Virus record (IMG/VR): IMGVR_UViG_3300033417_000026
Coordinates: 1 to 41,517 of that record
Strand: one strand, 5' to 3'
Length of the DNA stretch: 41,517 nucleotides
Origin: a virus
Taxonomy: Duplodnaviria > Caudoviricetes
Under the pieces are notes generated by a model, which worked only from the letters and a program-made list of their open reading frames with translations, did not search any database and was not told the DNA's origin. Below, one piece after another: positions 33,522-41,517 of the stretch. Positions within the stretch are counted from its first letter, which is position 1. Every line of letters starts with the position of its first letter. The translations under genes and the position numbers were made by a program.

Positions 33522-34061
33522 TTACCATTGTACGCTATGCGCCCACGCGGGCGGGTGAGGCTCCGAGTCCAGGATTTCGCCTTCTCCGTAAAACATCGGA
33601 CACGTGTCGACGTGGAAAAAAGACTGTCCTAAAGCAATGTACGCCTTAAATCCGACTCGAATTATTAAGTTAAGGTCACGTGCAGTTTCCATGATCCTTT
33701 CGGCCTCTTGTTCGGTTTCGGAAACACTATCGCAGTCCACGTCAACGGCCATTCCCGCTACGTGAGGACTGTTTGTCGCCGTCCTAAACCCCGAATTTCT
33801 TAACCTATCTTGTTTTTCGGGCGACCGATTAGCAGAATTTATCACCACAGGTCGGCCCTTCCTATTTCGGTATTCGTCAAGTAAAATAATGAGCGGCGCG
33901 GGCATCATAACGAATCCCGTTTCATAAATCGCCGCTTGGAACGCCTTTTCTTTCAGGGAAAAGAAATGCCCTATCCTATCCCCGTCAACTCCGTGCAGCC
34001 CCTGCCACTCTTGTAAAGTAAGCAGGTCGCCGTAAGTCGTTAGGATGATCGCCTTAGTCAT
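33522..34061 (-). CDS. Endolysin, peptidase M15 family
   Basis: INSANRS, SPHVAGMAVDV (SxHxxGxAxD) and FFHVD zinc-binding motifs. Confidence 0.9.
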   Translation of the reverse strand: MTKAIILTTYGDLLTLQEWQGLHGVDGDRIGHFFSLKEKAFQAAIYETGFVMMPAPLIILLDEYRNRKGRPVVINSANRSPEKQDRLRNSGFRTATNSPHVAGMAVDVDCDSVSETEQEAERIMETARDLNLIIRVGFKAYIALGQSFFHVDTCPMFYGEGEILDSEPHPPAWAHSVQW

Positions 34062-34081
34062 TAGTCTTTTGTGTTCCCTGA

Positions 34082-34348
34082 CTACTCATTTTTCTGTGTT
34101 CCCTGAATTTCTAAAACCCTCCTTCGGGCGTCGTCTAATTGAACCCCGGCCTTTAATAACTCTCTAAAAATCAATGCCCTTCGTAATTGATATTCCGTTA
34201 TTAAACCTTTTTCGTGCAGCAAAAAGAGGGAGTCCTGCCGAATCATCCATGCCCGGTCGAAAAGCATCGAGTCCGTTAACCTATCGTCCTGACCTTTCAG
34301 ATTCAGGCAGCAACAGAACAGACATGATATTATCAAGATTCCTTTCAA
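34082..34348 (-). CDS. Small exported protein (signal peptide), possible antiholin
   Basis: From TTG 34348: MKGILIISCLFCCCLNLKG-QDD; overlaps the holin-like gene. The ORF track start is 34378. Confidence 0.5.
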   Translation of the reverse strand: MKGILIISCLFCCCLNLKGQDDRLTDSMLFDRAWMIRQDSLFLLHEKGLITEYQLRRALIFRELLKAGVQLDDARRRVLEIQGTQKNE

Positions 34349-34535
34349 GTCTATCAAGTTTGTAAATAACAACTTCAAGAGATGCCTTTTTCAAGTCCTT
34401 TTCAATCGCAATTAACCGCCGCTCCTGTTCGATCTGTTTCCCATACGCCGCAGATGCCGCCCATATCAGCGTAATCATTGGTATAGCAAACATCGCCACT
34501 ATCCAGCGTTTAATATTTATTGACTCGTTCACCAA
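34281..34535 (-). CDS. Single-TM plus coiled-coil holin-like protein
   Basis: WIVAMFAIPMITLIWAASAAYG followed by a coiled coil; upstream of the endolysin. Confidence 0.55.
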   Translation of the reverse strand: MVNESINIKRWIVAMFAIPMITLIWAASAAYGKQIEQERRLIAIEKDLKKASLEVVIYKLDRLERNLDNIMSVLLLPESERSGR

Positions 34536-35166
34536 TTAAGTGTTTTAATTTAGCCTTACGGAACGTAAACGACTTTGCAGGACAAAACATATACTCGTAA
34601 AGAACTTCATTTATCTGAAATTCCGTTTTTGCCTTACCCACCATTCTATTCGTCCAATGAATATCCTCATACCAATTAATCCTCGGAAAAGGCACAAGGT
34701 CAGCGACTGATTTTTTCCATAACATTAAATGATTTGGAGGGCGTTCATAGTGAGAACTCTTTGTTTTATATCCCTTAAATTTAATTGAGAACTTCATTTC
34801 CCGGTCAATTTCTCCGTTAAGGTATCTCATCACCGGGAAACAAACAACGTCAACGCCGGTTTGTGCGCCTTTAATTAATTCTTGAGTGTAGTCTTGAGAT
34901 ATTTTATCGTCGTCGTCAAGATAGGCTACATATTCACCAGATGCAAGCCACCTTAAATAATTCCTTTTTTCTCCCAAAATTACCTTACGGTCATCGTAGG
35001 CCAAAATAATCTCTACATCTCCAGACCTAAATCCGTAAAATACCATTCCTTTTTCCGCGAAAGTATCTTCCGAACCCTGACCTATTTGACTCCTCAAAGA
35101 ATCCAAAAGAGAGTCGCACTCACTTTCTCTTTGCGGAATTGTCGGAATTAAAAGCGAAATCTTCAT
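34510..35166 (-). CDS. GT2-family glycosyltransferase
   Basis: ISLLIPT, GEKRN, GEYVAYLDDDD and YEDIHW motifs. Confidence 0.9.
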   Translation of the reverse strand: MKISLLIPTIPQRESECDSLLDSLRSQIGQGSEDTFAEKGMVFYGFRSGDVEIILAYDDRKVILGEKRNYLRWLASGEYVAYLDDDDKISQDYTQELIKGAQTGVDVVCFPVMRYLNGEIDREMKFSIKFKGYKTKSSHYERPPNHLMLWKKSVADLVPFPRINWYEDIHWTNRMVGKAKTEFQINEVLYEYMFCPAKSFTFRKAKLKHLIGERVNKY

Positions 35167-35172
35167 AGTGGT

Positions 35173-35631
35173 TTAGAGTCCTTTAATGTAGTCCTCAAAC
35201 TCTACGAAGTCCTGATACGGCCCAATCCATTGCATTGCAGGAGTTAAAAGGCTTTTAAGTGTTTCTACATCTCTACGTTGTATTTCAAACCAGGGAAACT
35301 CTCTATCGTCAAAGGCTTGACGAACAGGCAGAAGTCGTTTTATGTAAGCAACCGTAAACCCCTCCTGTGGGGTTCTCCTTAAAAGAGCATCTATACAGTC
35401 GAAATAATCGTACCTTAAATTCGTTTCAGGAATGGTTTGCAGCATTTTCAAGAGTGAATCTTTACTTACCGGGGATTGTTGTTCTGATTCTGCCTTAATT
35501 AAATTCGTCAGAAGCGCAGCAGCGGTTGACTTAGGAACTTTTGTTTCCTTATTCTCAATTCTGATTAAATCGGTCGGCCTTGTTCCTTCCTGCCCGTTTG
35601 TCTGTTTCCTGTCCGTTGTTTTTGTTTTCAT
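35173..35631 (-). CDS. Hypothetical protein, possible fibre assembly chaperone
   Basis: Coupled to the end of the fibre gene. Confidence 0.5.
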   Translation of the reverse strand: MKTKTTDRKQTNGQEGTRPTDLIRIENKETKVPKSTAAALLTNLIKAESEQQSPVSKDSLLKMLQTIPETNLRYDYFDCIDALLRRTPQEGFTVAYIKRLLPVRQAFDDREFPWFEIQRRDVETLKSLLTPAMQWIGPYQDFVEFEDYIKGL

Positions 35632-37862
35632 GTATATAATGGTATTTTGAAAGTTGTTGAATTAATTATTACTTCGGCCCAATCAACGGGATCTCCTAAA
35701 AAATTAGTCGAGCCTCCGTATCTGTTTGTAACCGCTCCAGCCAAACTTGTCGACGGTGCGGCGGCTGAATCATTTCCAACAAAAACCGTCCCCCTCGTTG
35801 CGGCAATTGTGAAATACAAATTATTCCCGTCGTACTCAAAAACGCCCGCCTCCGAAACAGTAAGCGTAAGCCCCGAAGTTAATTTAATCGGCTGACTATT
35901 CGCCGCCGCTGTTCCGGCGTTTAGAACTAAAGTTAGCCCGCTCAGAATAGAAGCGTCCGAAAGAATTGTCGAACTGTTTTGAATAAGTTTCCCCGTCGCA
36001 GCGTCAAACCTTGCAAGAGCGTTATCCGTAGATGCCGCAGGCCCTACTACATCTCCTGTTCCAGCTACCGATCCCCAACTTCCCACTCCGTTCGCGTCCG
36101 AAACCAGAACCAATCCAGCCGCCTCGTTGCCGTCTACGTAACGGAAGCCTAACGCGCCGTCAAGGTGGAGTTTTGTTGTGGGAACCGTTCCTATCCCGAC
36201 GTTGCCTTCCATATCAATTTGTGCCCTTATGGCGAACGCCCCAACCTGATTGCTTGTTTCAAATACAATTTTTCCAGGAACTATGCCGGTAGAAACCGTG
36301 CCCTCTGCAAGAAATCTAACCCGTGAAGAAGTAACATATCCGGAGCCATCGTGCCCAAGCGCCGCCAATTGAAACAAAGAAGTACCATTTGCTACCACCC
36401 CGCCAGATAGAGATCTCCTAAAGTTAAAACTCGCAGGAACGCCGCCGGCGCCGTCATTCGTGAAGTTTATTTGAGGCCGGCCATTTACAGTAGACACCCC
36501 ACTGAACGATCCTGCCGATGGGTTTGAAAAGTCCGAATCCCCAAGCGTCACACCGTCCGGAGTCCACTTCGGAAAGAAGGTCAAAGTTCCAGAACCGGAA
36601 ACCAAACCAGCCGCCGAAAATGCACTCCATGAGGCCACTCCGTTTGCGTCTGATACCAATACCCGCCCAGCTCCTTGTGTGCCGTCCGCATAACGAAACT
36701 TACCGTCGCTGTCCACAACAACGCCAACTATCCCCGCCGAACTACGTGTAATTAATTGCGCCTTGACCGCCGTTGCCGCCGATCCCAAAACGGTCGCCGT
36801 CCAATCCGATTGCGCCGTCGCGGAAATATCAGATGCTATTGTTAAAATTACCCTTGTTTCACCCGCAATAGTTATTTCATCTCCTTCCACTAATTCCGTT
36901 AAAAACAAAGTTCCGGTTCCGGTTATTGCATCCGAACCAGCCGTTACATCCACCGTTCCTGTTAAAGTGAAGTTCGCCTGTGCCCTGACTCTTAGCCCGT
37001 CGTCTAAATCTAAACCAGCAAGAGGATTAGTAAATCCGCGCCCAACAAATCCGTTATTCGGCATCACCGTGAAGTTCTCCACCAAATCAGAGCCTAACCC
37101 CCCGTCAAATTCTCTTGTTAATATTCCAAATCTTGCCCTTATACTTGTCGCCGTCGCGACGCCCTCTTGAATTACCTGACAATGAACCACAGGAGAACCA
37201 GGTAAAACCGTTTTAGTAGCACTTACCCCCCATTGTCCTAAGACTTGTTGATCTAAAGTAGCCAGTCGTGCAGCAGGCGTTCCGCGTGAAGCCTGCATGG
37301 CTAAATTCGGCGCTACCGTGTCGTCATATTGTAAAAGAGCTATTTGAGCATCACGCTGCCCGCCGTTGCTCCCAGATCCCCCTTCGATAGCTAAAGCAGA
37401 TGCCGTATAGCCAGTCCCGGTTTGGGTTATATCCTCTACTCCTAAAAATAATCTGTTATTATTTAGAAGCCTTAACATCGGAAGGTTAGAACTATTCTCA
37501 ATAAATAGAGTAGTCGTAGTCGAAAGAGTGTCCAATCCTAATATATGAACTCTATGAGCAGGCGAAGTTCCCACTCCAACAAAAGTCCCCGCCGCGTTTT
37601 GTCGTAAAATTGAATCAGTTAAAGTCTTAGAAGCTGGCGTAAAAGCGTCAACCCCCCAAACAGGTAGAAAATGCTCCGTTCCCGATCCGCCGACTGATCC
37701 CCCACCGCCGGCCATTAAGTCAACCCAAACCCCACCGTGAGCGAAATAAAGAGAATCAACCCCCGAAAGAGTGCCATATTCCCATTGCCCGTCCGTTAAT
37801 GGTAAGGCAGGAATAGGGTTCTTATTTGAACTCCACAGCTCTCTTAAATTGACGTTAGGCAT
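35628..37862 (-). CDS. Tail fibre / receptor-binding protein
   Basis: 744 aa, Gly/Thr/Ser-rich; GNVGIGT and FVGVGT repeats; duplicated RYxDG..AG.VLVSDANGVxSW module. Confidence 0.8.
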   Translation of the reverse strand: MPNVNLRELWSSNKNPIPALPLTDGQWEYGTLSGVDSLYFAHGGVWVDLMAGGGGSVGGSGTEHFLPVWGVDAFTPASKTLTDSILRQNAAGTFVGVGTSPAHRVHILGLDTLSTTTTLFIENSSNLPMLRLLNNNRLFLGVEDITQTGTGYTASALAIEGGSGSNGGQRDAQIALLQYDDTVAPNLAMQASRGTPAARLATLDQQVLGQWGVSATKTVLPGSPVVHCQVIQEGVATATSIRARFGILTREFDGGLGSDLVENFTVMPNNGFVGRGFTNPLAGLDLDDGLRVRAQANFTLTGTVDVTAGSDAITGTGTLFLTELVEGDEITIAGETRVILTIASDISATAQSDWTATVLGSAATAVKAQLITRSSAGIVGVVVDSDGKFRYADGTQGAGRVLVSDANGVASWSAFSAAGLVSGSGTLTFFPKWTPDGVTLGDSDFSNPSAGSFSGVSTVNGRPQINFTNDGAGGVPASFNFRRSLSGGVVANGTSLFQLAALGHDGSGYVTSSRVRFLAEGTVSTGIVPGKIVFETSNQVGAFAIRAQIDMEGNVGIGTVPTTKLHLDGALGFRYVDGNEAAGLVLVSDANGVGSWGSVAGTGDVVGPAASTDNALARFDAATGKLIQNSSTILSDASILSGLTLVLNAGTAAANSQPIKLTSGLTLTVSEAGVFEYDGNNLYFTIAATRGTVFVGNDSAAAPSTSLAGAVTNRYGGSTNFLGDPVDWAEVIINSTTFKIPLYT

Positions 37863-38830
37863 TATTGTTTAATAATCGAAAACCAATTCTGTTCCCCAAA
37901 TACTTCGGCATCTGCAAGAGTTGTATCGAAAGTATAAACGTAAACCTCGTAATAATCACCAACCTGAGCAGAAACATCCAACCCAGAAGCCTGCATGGTA
38001 ATTGCAGGGATTAGCGGGTGCAACTCTACATTCTGCGACACCCTCGCACTAAATGACGTTCCTCCCCCATTTTTGAGAATCTCCACCACTACATTTATAG
38101 TTTCGCTTGCCAGAAGATCGTATAAAAATTCTACCTGTGCGAATAACAAGTATCGACCCGCTGTATTAATTGTGAGCCTTGTATTATTTATGTTATTGTG
38201 AAAGTTATCATCATCGGCCAACTCTACATCAAAAGCAAGAAACGACCCTAATGTTAAATCGACCGTTTGCGCTCCGCTTTTCGTAACCTTAGCTAAAGTT
38301 GACATTGTTGCGCCCGTCGGCCCCGTAATCCCTTGCGGCCCTATTGCCCCCTGTATGCCCTGAACCCCCTGTATGCCTTGCGGCCCTTGCGGCCCTTGCA
38401 CCCCTTGCTCTCCTTCCTCCCCCTGTTGGCCCGGCTCTCCCTTCTGCCCGTCAGCGCCTTGTTCGCCTTGCACCCCTTGCACCCCTTGCACCCCTTGCAC
38501 CCCTTGCACCCCTTGCTCTCCTTGCGGGCCCGCAGGCCCCTGAACGCCCTGCCCGCCTAAGGAGTCGCCTACTATCCATTGCAGGTCGGCATCCCCGGAA
38601 ACCGGCCCGACAATCCTTAAAAACAAATTGCTCGTATTACCGAAATAAGAAATCGAATCCGGCCAATCATACGGAAGTCCTTTCAGTCTGTAAATATCTC
38701 CATCAGAACCGACCTTAAAAGGCGCCTGTGCCTTAACAGATAGTGAAAACATAAGCAGCAAACACGTGGCCGCCATGATCCAGAACCCGTTCTGAAACAT
38801 CCAATTTGTTTGTTTTTTGTAGTAATTCAT
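37862..38830 (-). CDS. Collagen-like protein with signal peptide and C1q/TNF-like C-terminal domain
   Basis: About 27 Gly-X-Y triplets; N-terminal hydrophobic segment ending SVKA-Q; beta-sandwich C-terminus ([16 protein letters not shown]...GDYYEVYV). Confidence 0.85.
   Translation of the reverse strand: MNYYKKQTNWMFQNGFWIMAATCLLLMFSLSVKAQAPFKVGSDGDIYRLKGLPYDWPDSISYFGNTSNLFLRIVGPVSGDADLQWIVGDSLGGQGVQGPAGPQGEQGVQGVQGVQGVQGVQGEQGADGQKGEPGQQGEEGEQGVQGPQGPQGIQGVQGIQGAIGPQGITGPTGATMSTLAKVTKSGAQTVDLTLGSFLAFDVELADDDNFHNNINNTRLTINTAGRYLLFAQVEFLYDLLASETINVVVEILKNGGGTSFSARVSQNVELHPLIPAITMQASGLDVSAQVGDYYEVYVYTFDTTLADAEVFGEQNWFSIIKQ
38471..38515. repeat. Five tandem 9-bp units (CACCCCTTG) encoding QGV repeats
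   Basis: Directly visible. Confidence 0.9.
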
Positions 38831-38843
38831 AATATTATTATCC

Positions 38844-39332
38844 TTATTTATGTGCCGCGAACCACGTTCCAGACGTAATTGTGTTTATCACTTCACCCTC
38901 GAAACTTCCAGAAAGAACAAGCTCAAACCAATCTCCTGAAACACATGAACAAAAAGCCACCACCTGCATTGCCCCGCTTATCCCCTGCTTGCTTTGCCCA
39001 ACCGAAGCCCCAAAGGAATCCCTTATTGTCAAATCCGGTAAAATGTTCCAAACTTCATTACCCACCGGAGAATCTAACGACACTTGCCCGAAAAAGGCGT
39101 AACACCCCGCTGACTGAATTGTAATCCTTCCAGGAAATAATGGATCGAACATATCAGAAGCGTCAACTTCCTCAAATTCAAAAAGCATTACATTATCTCC
39201 GTCCTCAATTTCCTGACTATCCACCTGAACTACCTTAACGCACGCAGAATCCCCTCCACCGCCAGACGCTTCGAGTATCTCCTTCAAAAGCCCCTTAACG
39301 TCCGCGCAACAATCAGAAGCTATTTTTATCAC
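38844..39332 (-). CDS. Stand-alone C1q/TNF-like domain protein, paralogous to the C-terminus of the next gene
   Basis: [16 protein letters not shown]...MQV...GDWFELVL...TWF aligns with the C-terminus of 37862..38830. Confidence 0.7.
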   Translation of the reverse strand: MIKIASDCCADVKGLLKEILEASGGGGDSACVKVVQVDSQEIEDGDNVMLFEFEEVDASDMFDPLFPGRITIQSAGCYAFFGQVSLDSPVGNEVWNILPDLTIRDSFGASVGQSKQGISGAMQVVAFCSCVSGDWFELVLSGSFEGEVINTITSGTWFAAHK

Positions 39333-39604
39333 TTCTTAAACTTTGACTCCAACCAATTAAATATGTAAATCAGAATCAGTTCGTAAAACGAAGTCACGAA
39401 AAAATATGATACGAAAAGTCTGAGAGGCTCCCTTTCGCCCACCAGCCACCAAACAACCCCGGCCAAGATAGCTAAAAAGAACACCGCCCACTTAACGTCA
39501 GGGTGCGCTATCTTAAATCTGAATTTCCACAGATAGCCCATCAGAACTACGCCTAAACAATAATCCCACATGATTAGGTCGATGAATGATTTGATAAGTT
39601 CCAT
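39329..39604 (-). CDS. Three-TM holin-like membrane protein
   Basis: 91 aa, three hydrophobic segments, basic C-terminus. Confidence 0.55.
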   Translation of the reverse strand: MELIKSFIDLIMWDYCLGVVLMGYLWKFRFKIAHPDVKWAVFFLAILAGVVWWLVGEREPLRLFVSYFFVTSFYELILIYIFNWLESKFKK

Positions 39605-39606
39605 AA

Positions 39607-39933
39607 TTATTTTTTGAAAGTGAGAACAAAGTTACACACCGCCGGAACGAACAGCCCGTAAATTAACCACTCAATTCCGCTAATCTCAAGAACTCCATGA
39701 GTTAATCCAATCCCCAACCATGAAACCCACGGACCCATACAATACACACACCCGCCTAAAGGCTTCCACCAGAACCCCTCGTTCACTTTGTATTTAGATG
39801 ATATAAACTTACCCCAAAATGAGAAAATCCTTTTATCCGTAAATTCATCCGCATCAGGAGAACCTATACAGAAATAAATCAGCATCGTAAGGCATCCGCT
39901 TAAAAAGCCTATAAGAATGATACTGATTAACAT
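39607..39933 (-). CDS. Membrane protein with CxxC (DUF1360-like)
   Basis: KPLGGCVYCMGPW between hydrophobic segments. Confidence 0.65.
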   Translation of the reverse strand: MLISIILIGFLSGCLTMLIYFCIGSPDADEFTDKRIFSFWGKFISSKYKVNEGFWWKPLGGCVYCMGPWVSWLGIGLTHGVLEISGIEWLIYGLFVPAVCNFVLTFKK

Positions 39934-40247
39934 ATTTCCTCGTTTTTCAAAATCGGCTCTGTCTTAAATCTTAAACAATCTAACGTGAGAGTCCCGTCTG
40001 TCAACTCCACAGGATCACCGGACGGCGTAATTATTACACCGGAATATGTGTAATAATAAACCAAAGAAGATATATCGAACGTTATGTTCATTCCCATTGT
40101 CTGCTCCTGCTTCAACCTAATCACCCGCCCGTTGAATTTTAATTTTAATGTGTACTCTCCTGAAACAGCAGCGACAAGCCCCGTGTCGAACTCCACGCAG
40201 GAGTCAACGCACCCTAATTCTAACCAGCATGAACAGCAACAAAGCAT
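39927..40247 (-). CDS. Cys-rich hypothetical structural protein
   Basis: Likely start MLCCCSCW at 40247 (TGATG overlap). Confidence 0.55.
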   Translation of the reverse strand: MLCCCSCWLELGCVDSCVEFDTGLVAAVSGEYTLKLKFNGRVIRLKQEQTMGMNITFDISSLVYYYTYSGVIITPSGDPVELTDGTLTLDCLRFKTEPILKNEEIC

Positions 40248-40846
40248 CAGGATAGATTTGATAATATAGCTTCCAATGTCGAACACTCCGTCCGTAACTT
40301 CAAATATGCGTCAAATTCTGGATATATGCAAGGATCGAAACACGCGCATTGATCCGGGCTGAGATAGTAAGTTAAATTGAACTTAATAGACGCCAATTTC
40401 AATGATTCATTCCAACTGTCAGGAACCTTTCCCACTTCCTCAATCAAAATCCGCTCCTGGTCAATAGAAGTATCTCCTAATACTATCTCTGGTCTGAATC
40501 GTTTGTAGCACTCGTCAATATTCGCTATCATTAATAACTGCATGAATATCCATCTTATTACATCAGGAGAGTAATCAGAAAAAACCGCTACAAGCTTTAA
40601 CTCGTTAGAAGATAAGTAAGTATTAACACAAGAATCGAACCGCCTTGCTACTGTATTAGTAGAAGTTTCATTTTCGTATCTTATGTAAAAGTAATTCCCT
40701 AACTTATCAGTCAACCCGGAATACTTTCCCTGTTCTGTGTAAATTAAACCTTGCGTACTTTTTCTGCCTATAAATCCTGTACACTTAAAATCTTTTAAGT
40801 TTCCAGAAATTACTTTCATTAACTCGTATGCAAGTAACGTAATCAT
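40247..40846 (-). CDS. Probable tail terminator / completion protein
   Basis: 199 aa following the neck gene; positional inference. Confidence 0.5.
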   Translation of the reverse strand: MITLLAYELMKVISGNLKDFKCTGFIGRKSTQGLIYTEQGKYSGLTDKLGNYFYIRYENETSTNTVARRFDSCVNTYLSSNELKLVAVFSDYSPDVIRWIFMQLLMIANIDECYKRFRPEIVLGDTSIDQERILIEEVGKVPDSWNESLKLASIKFNLTYYLSPDQCACFDPCIYPEFDAYLKLRTECSTLEAILSNLS

Positions 40847-41403
40847 GAGAACGCTTTATCCATGACTCTTTTAACTTCTATTCTTATCGCTTTCTCTGAT
40901 TCTTTCAATTCCGATTTTGTAGGTTTGAAAACCACCGTTCCAAATCTTAACTCGTTGCTTTCCTGAATATCTAATCTCTCCTTATTCGTAAATCCAAAGG
41001 CTATGTCTTGCCCGGCCTTCGCCGTCTTTAGTTGATTCCTGGAACTCTCCGTTATCTCTAATTTCACGTTGTCAGTAGGCCGTCCGATTAATTCTCTTAA
41101 TTCTTTGTACCCACCTTCAAAAAACGCAAACCCTTTTTTATTGATCTTCTTTTTTCCGATCCTTCCTAAATTCGGAATACCCTGCTCTTGTAACTCCCTA
41201 AAAGGCACGCTAAATGGAAACTCTGAATATTGCCCTATCTCCGCACCGTCCGCGTCTTTGCCTTCCTTAAAAACTCGGTTTTTTAAGAGCGCATTAATAG
41301 TGTTCGCCGCAATGGTCTGAATATCTTGCTTAGCCTCAAGTAGAAACTTACCCTCTGCAAGGTTCTTTAGGTGACTAATTAACTCATCCGAAGTGAACGT
41401 CAT
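40843..41403 (-). CDS. Neck / tail-completion (virion morphogenesis) protein
   Basis: RVFKEGKDADG...YS...GGYKELR...GRPTDNVKLEIT pattern; ATG 41403 in an ATGA overlap. Confidence 0.65.
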   Translation of the reverse strand: MTFTSDELISHLKNLAEGKFLLEAKQDIQTIAANTINALLKNRVFKEGKDADGAEIGQYSEFPFSVPFRELQEQGIPNLGRIGKKKINKKGFAFFEGGYKELRELIGRPTDNVKLEITESSRNQLKTAKAGQDIAFGFTNKERLDIQESNELRFGTVVFKPTKSELKESEKAIRIEVKRVMDKAFS

Positions 41404-41517
41404 GGTAGTATAGTTACCAAATGATCCTTTTTGCACTCAATGCACGGACAATGCAAAGAATTAAGATAATCAGAAACCCCGTCGAGTCCTGCTTGTAAGT
41501 ATTCCCTCGCCTTTCGC
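41400..41517 (-). CDS. 3' end of a gene entering from the right edge, probably the same gene as 1..823
   Basis: RKAREYLQAGLDGVSDYLNSLHCPCIECKKDHLVTILP*, with its stop overlapping the next ATG. Confidence 0.65.
   Translation of the reverse strand, partial: RKAREYLQAGLDGVSDYLNSLHCPCIECKKDHLVTILP

Noticed and set aside
38581-38597. Possible fifth leader motif (plus-strand GCAGGTCGGCATCCCC)
   Set aside because: Inside the collagen gene, lacks GAGG and the AUGA-hairpin, and is not upstream of a start codon.
1-41517. Alternative genetic code, tRNA genes, integrase or att site
   Set aside because: Long genes read through under the standard code with tight coupling. I saw no cloverleaf and no tyrosine or serine recombinase motif.

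Overview
The window is a near-complete, circularly permuted genome (about 41.5 kb) of a long-tailed, siphovirus-like phage. The host is most likely Bacteroidota: several TTTG-N20-TAnnTTTG promoters, A-rich non-Shine-Dalgarno start regions, and signal peptides cleaved before Gln. Nearly all genes lie on the minus strand. Read in transcription order (high to low coordinate) they are: neck/tail-completion genes, membrane proteins, C1q/collagen and fibre genes, a glycosyltransferase, and a lysis module (M15 endolysin, u-spanin-like lipoprotein). Next come a short inverted plus-strand block (DUF559-type endonuclease plus small cassette-like genes), replication/recombination genes (initiator, PD-(D/E)XK exonuclease, SSB, NinG-like) and small early genes. 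These are followed by a GT4/FkbM/GT-A glycan-modification cluster, terminase, frameshifting tail chaperones, tape measure, tail tip, tail tube, portal, head and capsid genes. Both window ends fall in what looks like one gene. I recognise no integrase, sigma factor, tRNA or CRISPR array. The most striking unexplained signal is a conserved, covarying ~50-nt structured element, GAGG-N5-7-RCCUR(C)...AU(U)GA-hairpin-U-rich. It occurs four times, each about 17-27 nt upstream of the scaffold, major capsid, tail tube and tape measure start codons, and is a candidate new cis-regulatory RNA controlling late genes. Other highlights: a host-type parS site with no phage ParA/ParB, an unannotated Arg/Lys-rich 41-aa peptide, a Sec-exported collagen/C1q protein, and four glycan-modifying enzymes. 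All family assignments come from motif recognition by eye, not from database searches.
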